Assembly (NCBI GenBank): GCA_023135195.1
Contig: JAGLTQ010000129.1
Span: forward strand, 1 to 26,350
Direction of reading: 5' to 3'
DNA length: 26,350 nucleotides
Source: Gammaproteobacteria bacterium
GTDB lineage: Bacteria; Pseudomonadota; Gammaproteobacteria; UBA6429; Thiohalophilaceae
Shown here: positions 9,673 to 17,352 of the stretch, piece after piece
How positions within the stretch are numbered: the first letter of the stretch is position 1
Layout of the letters: each line of letters opens with the position of its first letter
Made by a program: the position numbers and the translations under genes
Notes under the pieces: model-generated
Told to the model about the DNA's origin: nothing
Database searches by the model: none
The model's input: the letters and a program-made list of their open reading frames with translations, nothing else

Positions 9673-10572
9673 GTGCCGGATTGGTCAAAAATTGAACAAG
9701 ATATATGTTCATCAATAGACAAGCCTTTTCAGCTTAAAAAGCATTCTGTGGTGCTTGGTGGTGATATCAATCAGGCCTTCCAGCTAAGTGGAAAAATTGA
9801 TAATGAAAATATGGATATCAGTTTTTTTATAAAATTTAATCAAAAAGACCTTCTTGATATGTTTACCGCGGAAGCAGCAGGACTTCAGGAAATTGAGCGG
9901 GCACAAGCTATTCATGTACCGAAGGTAATTTGTACTGGCACAGATGAAAATCAGAGCTATTTGGTTCTGGAAAATTTGCTGTTTACGGGAGCTTCTTCTA
10001 ACTCTGCAGAAAAGCTGGGGCATAAGTTAGCTGTCATGCATAAACAGACTGCTCAGCAGTATGGTTGGTCGAAAAATAATACCATTGGTTCTACTAAACA
10101 AATTAATACGCAAGCTGAAAGCTGGATTGATTTTTGGAGAGAGTTTCGTCTTGGTTACCAGGTTAACCTTGCGGATAAAAAAGGTGCTGCACAATCATTA
10201 ATTATTAAAACTAATAAATTATTAAATAGTCTGGATGCCTTTTTTGTAAGCTACTCTCCTGTACCTTCGTTACTTCATGGTGATTTATGGTCAGGTAATT
10301 ATGCGTATCTAAAAAATGGAGAGCCGGTTATTTTTGATCCCGCTGTTTATTATGGTGATCGAGAGGCTGATATTGCGATGACGGAATTGTTTGGAGGGTT
10401 TCCTGGTGAATTTTATACCGCATATAATGCAACCTGGCCATTAGACAAAGGTTATCAACAACGTAAAACGTTATATAACCTTTACCATATTTTAAATCAC
10501 TATAATTTGTTTGGTGGTGGCTATGCCATGCAGGCAGAAAATATGACAGATCAATTATTAGCTATGTTATAA
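9673..10572 (+). CDS. Fructosamine/ketosamine-3-kinase family protein (YniA-like).
   Basis: 299 aa. GTG start with GGGAGA five nt upstream. It has the kinase-like motifs HGDLWSGN and DPAVYYGDREADIAM of the fructosamine kinase (PF03881) family. Confidence 0.75.
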   Translation: MPDWSKIEQDICSSIDKPFQLKKHSVVLGGDINQAFQLSGKIDNENMDISFFIKFNQKDLLDMFTAEAAGLQEIERAQAIHVPKVICTGTDENQSYLVLENLLFTGASSNSAEKLGHKLAVMHKQTAQQYGWSKNNTIGSTKQINTQAESWIDFWREFRLGYQVNLADKKGAAQSLIIKTNKLLNSLDAFFVSYSPVPSLLHGDLWSGNYAYLKNGEPVIFDPAVYYGDREADIAMTELFGGFPGEFYTAYNATWPLDKGYQQRKTLYNLYHILNHYNLFGGGYAMQAENMTDQLLAML

Positions 10573-10807
10573 AATTTTTCACTGCTGTCCCGTTAACATA
10601 TTAGTAATTTATAGTACGTCACTGATTTTGTGAAAGATCGGACTGTTCGAAGAAATTGAAGACATGAGATTGCACAAATACATATTCGGTGTAATTCCTT
10701 CTCCCTCCGGGACGACTCCATGGATGGAGGAGATAGGACGAAGTTTGGAACCAGAGTCGAGAAGGTTAGGATGAGGGGGTTAACGGGACAGCAGTGAAAA
10801 CTTTTAT
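10569..10807. repeat. About 224-bp element bounded by 22-bp perfect terminal inverted repeats (ttttcactgctgtcccgttaac at 10576-10597; gttaacgggacagcagtgaaaa at 10779-10800). The repeat extends to 29 bp with one mismatch. Candidate MITE or structured RNA between convergent genes.
   Basis: The inverted repeat was read directly from the sequence. Its core (10640-10780) is visibly GC-richer than the flanks and contains internal stem-forming segments (ccttctccctcc ... ggaggagatagg; palindrome tccatgga). Each terminal arm overlaps the stop codon of one of the two convergent flanking genes. Confidence 0.6.
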
Positions 10808-11745
10808 GCTTCAGCATAAGCCAGTGAGAATGATCCCGGACCAACATTTACCGATGCTGTTGTACTCATAATAGACATTAGTGTTCTTACGTTTTTACTT
10901 TTTGCATAGGTAACAAACTTTCTATAATCAGACCTAGTATAGATATCATTTAAATCACCGGCATAGCTCATAACAACAACATTGATTGACAATTTATTTT
11001 CAATTGCACTTTTTGTTTTTTCAAATAAATTAACCAGACCTTTGTTAAAGCCCATAACTTTATCTACTGGTTCAGTATGCCCTTTGTAACACTGTATTAT
11101 AGGCTTTACATTGAGCATGTTACCCATTTGATAACTTAACCAGCCTACGCTGTCATCACCTTTTTTGCTTGCCCTGTTTTTAAGGTGATATAAATCTTTT
11201 GGTAATAAAAAGGCGCGAACTTTATCTTTTAATGGAACTAGTTTTTCAACAACTTGAGATATATTAAGCTGTTGTGCTTTTAGTAAACGAAGTGCTTCGT
11301 AAACTAATACACCTTGTCCGGTAAACAGGGTGCCACTGTCAAAAACGCGAATTTTAAAGAAAGGAGACAGACCTGCTTTAGTGCGGGCCTCTTTAAATTT
11401 ATGCTGGCTAACAAAAACAGCATCACGAACATTTTTATAAATTTCACTTCGTGCTGAATTAATAGTAATGGCCAATACTTCGTCATATTCAAAAATAAGT
11501 TTTTCTTCCAGAAGTGAAGACATTTCTTTTACAGAAAAGGGTTCTGTTTCTGCATCAAAACTTTTTTTACCCATATCACTTAAATAAAACTGAATCGTTT
11601 TCTCAGGATCACGATTATCAATAAAGTTATTGCCACCTAGTTTGAGTGTAATGGGGAGTATTTGCAGATCCTGTTCTTTAAAAATAGCAGCAGGTAAATC
11701 ACAAGCAGAATCGACAGCAATGCAAGTTCTTTCAGACATATTCAA
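10804..11745 (-). CDS. DegV-family (EDD-domain, fatty-acid-binding) protein.
   Basis: 313 aa. The N-terminus CIAVDSACDLPAAIFKEQDLQILPITLKLGG matches the DegV consensus (..IAxxTDSxxDLP..). The length is typical of the family. Confidence 0.7.
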   Translation of the reverse strand: MNMSERTCIAVDSACDLPAAIFKEQDLQILPITLKLGGNNFIDNRDPEKTIQFYLSDMGKKSFDAETEPFSVKEMSSLLEEKLIFEYDEVLAITINSARSEIYKNVRDAVFVSQHKFKEARTKAGLSPFFKIRVFDSGTLFTGQGVLVYEALRLLKAQQLNISQVVEKLVPLKDKVRAFLLPKDLYHLKNRASKKGDDSVGWLSYQMGNMLNVKPIIQCYKGHTEPVDKVMGFNKGLVNLFEKTKSAIENKLSINVVVMSYAGDLNDIYTRSDYRKFVTYAKSKNVRTLMSIMSTTASVNVGPGSFSLAYAEA

Positions 11746-11923
11746 AGGGCTCCAGTTAACTATTATGAGATAAAATAAGGGGGATAGAGGCTATATACAC
11801 AATATTAACACAGGAATTATTTGCTTTTGAGTTAAAATATCATATTCTAACTTTAGAATTTAGATTATAGTCACTAATTATAAGTAACAATAAGAATAAT
11901 TTATAACTTTAGAGGTTAGTTTG

Positions 11924-12460
11924 ATGTTTGATTTTTTAAAGAAGAAAAATAAGAAAGAAGATGTACAGGATAATAGTGGGTCTCAACAAGTTGCTAACAA
12001 TGTCCATGCTGCTGCTCCGGGAACCCAGATTCGATATAATCCGAATTTAATTAATAAACTAGAAGATGACCATCAAGCATTGTTGAAAATATTTGGTGAA
12101 ATTAATGCGGCGGTGACTGCTGCCAATTACCCTTTAGTTGCTGAAAAGTTGAAAGAATTTAAACAGGGCTTTTTGGATCACATCCTTGTCGAAAATGTGA
12201 GTCTTTATGTATATATGAAGAGTTCTTTTAAAGGCGATGAAGGGAACATTGGTTTGGTGCAAGAGTTTCGCAGTGAAATGGATGAAATTGGTAAAGCCGT
12301 TAGAGCATTTATTCTAAAATATGAAACAATCGGGATTAATCAAGATGTAGCCTCCTCTTTTGCGGAAGAATTAGGTGGTATTGGTGAAGCGCTTGTTGCT
12401 CGTATTCAACGAGAAGAAGGTACGCTTTACCCGTTATACCAACCTGCTTACGGTTCTTGA
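11924..12460 (+). CDS. Hypothetical 178-aa soluble protein. The ORF track starts it three nt earlier, at TTG 11921.
   Basis: Complete ORF. The ATG at 11924 has GAGG eight nt upstream. It has its own AT-rich upstream region divergent from degV and a clean intrinsic terminator downstream. No domain I can name. Confidence 0.6.
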   Translation: MFDFLKKKNKKEDVQDNSGSQQVANNVHAAAPGTQIRYNPNLINKLEDDHQALLKIFGEINAAVTAANYPLVAEKLKEFKQGFLDHILVENVSLYVYMKSSFKGDEGNIGLVQEFRSEMDEIGKAVRAFILKYETIGINQDVASSFAEELGGIGEALVARIQREEGTLYPLYQPAYGS

Positions 12461-12511
12461 GGCTCAGCCCATTAGAAAACTTTCTAATTCAGATTGAGCT
12501 AAATACAAAGC

Positions 12512-12542
12512 AAAGATGCGTTTAAAAGCGCATCTTTTTTTG
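12512..12542. terminator. Bidirectional Rho-independent terminator shared by the convergent genes 11924-12460 (+) and 12545-12721 (-).
   Basis: Stem aaagatgcg (12512-12520) pairs with cgcatcttt (12529-12537). The loop is tttaaaag. It is followed by a TTTTTTTTGTTTT run on the + strand, and flanked by an A-rich tract on the + strand, which gives a U-run for minus-strand transcripts. Confidence 0.8.
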
Positions 12543-12544
12543 TT

Positions 12545-12721
12545 TTATAAGCAGTCGTTATCCTGACAAGCAAGTTCACTGCGAGCAGCATTAACGCGGC
12601 TTAACAGAACTGCATAATTCGCAGCGTCATCCGCAGATTCAAGAGGACCTTCAAGTCCACCAGGCGTCTTTACACACCAGCCATCTCCACAAGGTTGTAT
12701 TAAAGTTGAATCAAAAGTCAT
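12545..12721 (-). CDS. Small 58-aa cysteine-containing protein, absent from the ORF track because it falls below its length cut-off: MTFDSTLIQPCGDGWCVKTPGGLEGPLESADDAANYAVLLSRVNAARSELACQDNDCL.
   Basis: Hand-translated from the minus strand. The ATG is at 12719-12721 with a perfect SD AGGAGG (caggaggtgaaccATG, six-nt spacer). Four Cys sit as two CxxxxC/CxxxxC-like pairs near the N- and C-termini (C11, C16, C52, C57). It ends at the bidirectional terminator and has a 268-bp upstream region of its own. Confidence 0.6.
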   Translation of the reverse strand: MTFDSTLIQPCGDGWCVKTPGGLEGPLESADDAANYAVLLSRVNAARSELACQDNDCL

Positions 12722-12989
12722 GGTTCACCTCCTGTAATAAATTAACGAGCTATATATTCGACTGCCGAAAATACAAATAAGTTCGTTGTTTGTTTCTTCG
12801 TTATTACCAAGCATAGCGTTATAGAAAGTATTTGTGAACCAGTTCACATAATTTTAACAATAGATTTAAATAATCCCACTTAATGATGGGTTTATTCTAT
12901 TATTTATCTTTAATAGCGAATTTTAATAGCACAGAAGAGAAACATATAAAATTATTTAATATTCAGGCTTAAGTGGAGGTGTCTGACCA

Positions 12990-13763
12990 CTAATCCGCCT
13001 CTTTTATAGAGTAAAGTGGGGATAATGCGGTGCGTATGCTGTTAAATAAGCCATTGTTGTGGGATTCTTCCTTAGCAAGAAGTTGTTTCATATGTTCCCG
13101 CTCAGTGGGCATATCATAGCAGGCAGGGCAAGAATCAGGGATCACTGGTAAATCAAATTCTTTCGAAAATTCAGTAGTTTGGCTTTCCCTCACATAGATC
13201 ATAGGGCGGATAATACGTATATCTCCGTCCTGATTAGTGTAATTTGCCTTCATTGTCCTTAATTGCCCACCGCGAAAAGCGGACATTAAAAAACTTTCGG
13301 CCAAATCATCTAAATGTTGTCCAAGAGCAAGCACATTACAGCCTTCGCGCCTCGCAACGGAATACATGATTCCACGTTTCATACGGGAGCAAAAAGAGCA
13401 GAAAGAGTCATTCTTCATTTGCTCTTCGGCTTGCTTTGTAATGTCATGACTTTCATAAAAATACGGAATATTAAGATCAGCGAGATACTGTTTTAGCCTG
13501 GAGGGATCAAAACCTTCGATTTCAGGATCAACCGTGATGGCTGAGATGGAGAAATTTATCGGTGCATGGCGTTGCAGGTGACGCAAAATATGTAATAAAG
13601 AAAGAGAATCTTTACCACCGGACAATCCAAGTAAAACATGATCTCCCTCTTTGATCATTTCAAACTCAGTGACTGCTTTACCAACGGGTTTAATGATAGA
13701 TTTCGGGATTTTTAATATCTCACCACGGTTTAGCGGCTTCTTTATTTGTGACTGCGTATTCAT
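12990..13763 (-). CDS. ttcA: tRNA 2-thiocytidine(32) synthetase TtcA (PP-loop ATPase).
   Basis: PP-loop motif SGGKDS (LGLSGGKDSLSLLHIL) is present. Two CxxC motifs (CSFCSRMKRG and CPACYD) would coordinate the Fe-S cluster. Overall similarity to E. coli TtcA. Confidence 0.85.
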   Translation of the reverse strand: MNTQSQIKKPLNRGEILKIPKSIIKPVGKAVTEFEMIKEGDHVLLGLSGGKDSLSLLHILRHLQRHAPINFSISAITVDPEIEGFDPSRLKQYLADLNIPYFYESHDITKQAEEQMKNDSFCSFCSRMKRGIMYSVARREGCNVLALGQHLDDLAESFLMSAFRGGQLRTMKANYTNQDGDIRIIRPMIYVRESQTTEFSKEFDLPVIPDSCPACYDMPTEREHMKQLLAKEESHNNGLFNSIRTALSPLYSIKEAD

Positions 13764-13982
13764 ATGCTTACCTGTTGAGTGATATCTGGGCTTATTTTAC
13801 TTTATATAAATGTCTTATGATGTACTTTAATTAAAAGTGATCTGTAGTGAAGAGAGCTATGACCTTAAATATCCACATTTAGTTTGCATATAAGGTGGTT
13901 TTAATCATTTTCAAGTCTTTCCAGTTCTAAAATAAAAGCGTTATAGTGGTTACATTATTAAAAAAAGCAAAAAGGAAATCTT

Positions 13983-14903
13983 ATGTTTGGGTTTGCAGAA
14001 TTTGTTATTTTCCTCGCGGTACTTGCGATTATTATTGTCATCCTTGGCGTTAAATCAGTAACTCAGGGGACAGAATGTACGGTTGAACGCTGGGGTCGTT
14101 ACACACGAACATTAAGTCCGGGTTTAAATCTGATTATTCCTGTGGTTGATAGAATAGGCAGAAAAATTAATATGATGGAGCGCGTCATGGATGTGCCATC
14201 GCAGGAAGTTATCACCAAAGACAATGCAATGGTGCAAGTGGATGGTGTGGTTTTCTTCCAGGTGCTTGATGCCGCTAAAGCCTCTTATGAAGTAAATCAA
14301 CTTGAACTGGCTATCCTTAATCTCACCATGACAAATATTCGTACAGTAATGGGTTCGATGGATTTAGATGAGCTGCTCTCAAAACGTGATGCAATCAATG
14401 CACAACTGCTTAACGTAGTTGATGATGCGACTTCACCCTGGGGCGTCAAAGTCACGCGTATAGAAATTAAAGACATTACACCGCCACGCGATTTGGTTGA
14501 ATCCATGGCCCGACAAATGAAAGCAGAGCGTGACAAACGTGCGGCAATTTTGACAGCGGAGGGTGAGCGTCAGGCAGAAATTTTAAAGGCAGAAGGTGAA
14601 AAACAAGCTGTCATTTTGGACGCTGAAGGTAAAAAAGAAGCGGCCTTCCTGGATGCCGAAGCACGCGAGCGTGAAGCTGAGGCCGAAGCGCGCGCAACCT
14701 ATGTTGTTTCTGAAGCCATTGAAAAAGGTAATATAAACGCGATTAACTATTTTGTTGCAACCAAGTATATTGATTCTTTGCAAAAAATTGCATCTGCTCC
14801 AAATGAAAAGTTGGTATTGATGCCACTCGAGGCATCCGGTGTAATTGGTGCGCTTGGTGGTATTACTGAACTATTAAAAGATACGATGAAAAAGGGTTCT
14901 TAA
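13983..14903 (+). CDS. qmcA: SPFH/stomatin-like membrane protein QmcA (YbbK).
   Basis: 306 aa. It is near-collinear with E. coli QmcA ([57 protein letters not shown]). An N-terminal TM segment is present. Confidence 0.9.
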   Translation: MFGFAEFVIFLAVLAIIIVILGVKSVTQGTECTVERWGRYTRTLSPGLNLIIPVVDRIGRKINMMERVMDVPSQEVITKDNAMVQVDGVVFFQVLDAAKASYEVNQLELAILNLTMTNIRTVMGSMDLDELLSKRDAINAQLLNVVDDATSPWGVKVTRIEIKDITPPRDLVESMARQMKAERDKRAAILTAEGERQAEILKAEGEKQAVILDAEGKKEAAFLDAEAREREAEAEARATYVVSEAIEKGNINAINYFVATKYIDSLQKIASAPNEKLVLMPLEASGVIGALGGITELLKDTMKKGS

Positions 14904-14907
14904 TAAT

Positions 14908-15348
14908 ATGGAAGACGTAACTTTTTGGCATTGGTGGATACTCGCTATTGTGCTGATTATATTTGAGGTTTTCGCACCGGGAGCCATTTTTCTTTGGTTA
15001 GGTGTCGCGGCAAGTGTGGTGGGTGTCATTTTAATGCTTTTACCTAGTGTGAGCTGGGAATGGCAATTACTTATATTCTCCATCATTTCAGTGTTATCGA
15101 TAGTTTTATGGCGCAAGTATTTAAATGATCATCCAACCGAAACTGATCAACCTCGCTTAAATCGAAGAGGTGAACAATATGTGGGTCGTACTTTTACTCT
15201 TGATGAAGCCATGACAAACGGCATGGGTAAAATTCGGGTTGATGATACCACCTGGAAAGTCAGTGGTGAGGATTGTGCCGGTGGAACAAAGGTAAAAGTA
15301 ACCGGTGTAGATGGTGTATTGTTAACGGTTGAATGCCTGGACACATAG
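14908..15348 (+). CDS. ybbJ: NfeD-family membrane protein (YbbJ-like), partner of QmcA.
   Basis: 146 aa. Two or three N-terminal TM helices and a C-terminal OB-fold-like beta domain (GTKVKVTGVDGVLLTVE). It starts four nt after the qmcA stop. Confidence 0.8.
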   Translation: MEDVTFWHWWILAIVLIIFEVFAPGAIFLWLGVAASVVGVILMLLPSVSWEWQLLIFSIISVLSIVLWRKYLNDHPTETDQPRLNRRGEQYVGRTFTLDEAMTNGMGKIRVDDTTWKVSGEDCAGGTKVKVTGVDGVLLTVECLDT

Positions 15349-15366
15349 TCAGTGTTTTAAAAACAA

Positions 15367-15885
15367 ATGATGTTTATAAATGCCGATGAAATATTTTCCT
15401 TAATAATATTATTAGTGGCTTTATACCTCTTTTTTAAAGCGGTTAGATATAATTGGCGACGTTGGCGATTTTATGATCGTTGTGAAGTAACAAAGGCCCA
15501 AGTGATTCAAAAAGATTTAAAAGAATTATCAGATGAGGATTCGATCTTTGAGAAAAAGTCATTACGTTTTGTGAATAGTGTTGGACAGGTTATTGTCTAT
15601 GAAACACGTTGGGTAGGTAAAAGTGATCCTACCCAGGCATTACATAGTGATGGTATTGAGATCATTTATGATCCTGAGAATCCATCTGATATTCAGTTAA
15701 ACAATTTATTGCGTATTTGGTTTTGGCCGTTAATTTTGTTGGCGCTGGCGTTTATATTTTTTATGTCGACTTTGCATGAGAGTATTGATAACGGTGCGCT
15801 GGATAAAATGATGTCACCCATCATCCGTTCAGTCAAAACGAATACAGTGATTGAATATAAAGATACGTATTTAAAACAAATTTAA
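15367..15885 (+). CDS. Hypothetical membrane protein with a TM / ~100-aa soluble domain / TM topology (DUF3592-like).
   Basis: 172 aa. Hydrophobic segments lie at residues ~10-25 and ~118-135. The DUF3592 family assignment is recalled from topology only. Confidence 0.5.
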   Translation: MMFINADEIFSLIILLVALYLFFKAVRYNWRRWRFYDRCEVTKAQVIQKDLKELSDEDSIFEKKSLRFVNSVGQVIVYETRWVGKSDPTQALHSDGIEIIYDPENPSDIQLNNLLRIWFWPLILLALAFIFFMSTLHESIDNGALDKMMSPIIRSVKTNTVIEYKDTYLKQI

Positions 15886-15901
15886 AAGAGTAATAGTTAT
15901 T

Positions 15902-16330
15902 ATGACTTCAAGCAGTGTTAAAACAATATCGCCTAAAGATGCCAGTCAATTATTGCAGCAAGATCCACGTGCATTATTAATTGATGTGCGATCAAATATG
16001 GAGTTTTTATTTATTGGTCACCCGGTAGGTGCTATTAGTATCCCATGGATCGATGAACCTGATTGGGTGGTGAATCCAAACTTTGCTGCTGATATCAGAA
16101 AGTTAATTTTAGGTGGTCTTGATCATGACAGCGGCGGCCATAACGTACCCATTTTGTTAATTTGCCGCAGTGGTAAACGTTCCATGGAAGCGGGTAATTT
16201 ATTGTTAAAAGAAGGTTTTCATGATGTTTATAATGTTGAAGATGGTTTTGAAGGTGAGCTGGATGAAAGCCACCACCGCAGCACCTTAGCTGGTTGGCGT
16301 TTTGATGGTTTACCCTGGAATCAGTGTTAA
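15902..16330 (+). CDS. Single-domain rhodanese (thiosulfate sulfurtransferase-like) protein.
   Basis: 142 aa. Active-site loop CRSGKRS. LLIDVRSNMEF is typical of the rhodanese fold. Confidence 0.75.
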   Translation: MTSSSVKTISPKDASQLLQQDPRALLIDVRSNMEFLFIGHPVGAISIPWIDEPDWVVNPNFAADIRKLILGGLDHDSGGHNVPILLICRSGKRSMEAGNLLLKEGFHDVYNVEDGFEGELDESHHRSTLAGWRFDGLPWNQC

Positions 16331-16418
16331 TCGAGATTTGGACGTACAAAAATATGCAGCTGTTTGCTGTGAGAGATAACAATTTCGATTGAATTATGTA
16401 TAATTAAGCCTACACGGA

Positions 16419-17336
16419 TTGGCAATATCACACGGACGAGACATGCTTACCACCAACATTATTCAAGATGAATTCGGACAACGTTATGTCCTGAAAACAT
16501 CGTTAGTTCACTTCGAACAAAGTGACTTCAAAGCAAAATCATTCTGGAATGCTGAATCGACACGATCTTTTGTACAAAGACTAAACGTGTCTCATGGCTA
16601 CTGGCCTGTTTTATTACAGCAATTCAGTACCCTTCCTGCATTACACACTCTGCAAAAACAGCAAATTGAGTTTTACGTTAGCGAATTGTTAATTTCCGGC
16701 AAAATACATCTATACCCCTTACCTAAGCAAAAAAGCGATGAGCACGCACCCCAAAAGCGAGCAATTAAAAGCAGTGATAATGTCACCTATCTTTTTGCAG
16801 AAGCAAGCTTATTGCTTACATCAACACCGAAAGAAGTAAAATATTTTTCATCTTCAGAAGATGCAGAAACTTTTATAAAAGAGTTGAGTCCAGATGATGA
16901 AAAACTTCAAACCATTGCTTCTGAGTTAGATATCAAAGTTCCGACAACGGCATCAGTTAATCCTGCTGAATTAACAACAGCAATTTGTAGCGCTCTTGTA
17001 GCAGGTAGCGTTATCGTACTCGTTGATCGTATTTCTACCGTACCTGCTTCAGCAAGCGAGCTGGTTGAGGCCGTTGGCCCAGGCAATAAAAAAGCTGATT
17101 TAGGCCCTGCTCCCGATGAATTCAAAGAAATTAATATTGAATTAGACGATGAATTTGAAAAAAATATGGCGGCACATTTTAGTTTGTTTGATGGTTTGGA
17201 ATATAAAATTAAAACGGACATAGGTGAGGAGCATAAAGGAACAGTTGAAAACGGAAAAATTTTTATCGCAAAAGCAAAAATGAACAGCAGCTTTGAGATA
17301 GAAATAAAAGATTTACCGGCATTTATGGATAGCTAA
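16419..17336 (+). CDS. Hypothetical 305-aa soluble protein, first gene of the uncharacterised operon. The true start may instead be the ATG at 16443 (297 aa).
   Basis: Complete ORF with no recognisable motifs and no TM segments. Its stop lies 16 nt before the GTG of the 963-aa gene. Confidence 0.55.
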   Translation: MAISHGRDMLTTNIIQDEFGQRYVLKTSLVHFEQSDFKAKSFWNAESTRSFVQRLNVSHGYWPVLLQQFSTLPALHTLQKQQIEFYVSELLISGKIHLYPLPKQKSDEHAPQKRAIKSSDNVTYLFAEASLLLTSTPKEVKYFSSSEDAETFIKELSPDDEKLQTIASELDIKVPTTASVNPAELTTAICSALVAGSVIVLVDRISTVPASASELVEAVGPGNKKADLGPAPDEFKEINIELDDEFEKNMAAHFSLFDGLEYKIKTDIGEEHKGTVENGKIFIAKAKMNSSFEIEIKDLPAFMDS

Positions 17337-17352
17337 ATTCGAGGAACGAACA

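Noticed and set aside
10569-10807. Retron msr/msd ncRNA hypothesis for the inverted-repeat-flanked element.
   Set aside because: Retron ncRNAs are flanked by a1/a2 inverted repeats, but they are immediately followed by a reverse-transcriptase gene. Here both neighbours are ordinary metabolic genes (fructosamine-family kinase, degV) and no RT is in the window.
10593-10847. 84-aa minus-strand ORF spanning the inverted-repeat element.
   Set aside because: It reads through the IR element and overlaps the degV 3' end in another frame. No RBS, and probably an artefact of the GC-richer core lacking stops.
11924-12460. Hemerythrin-like metal-binding assignment for the 178-aa protein.
   Set aside because: The protein has only three histidines, which is too few for the H-HxxxE-HxxxH-HxxxxD hemerythrin ligand set. 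It is left as hypothetical.
12961-12989. Short hairpin (agtgg..ccact) just downstream of the ttcA stop as an intrinsic terminator.
   Set aside because: The stem is only 5 bp with a 10-nt loop and no clear U-tract on the minus strand. It is too weak to call.
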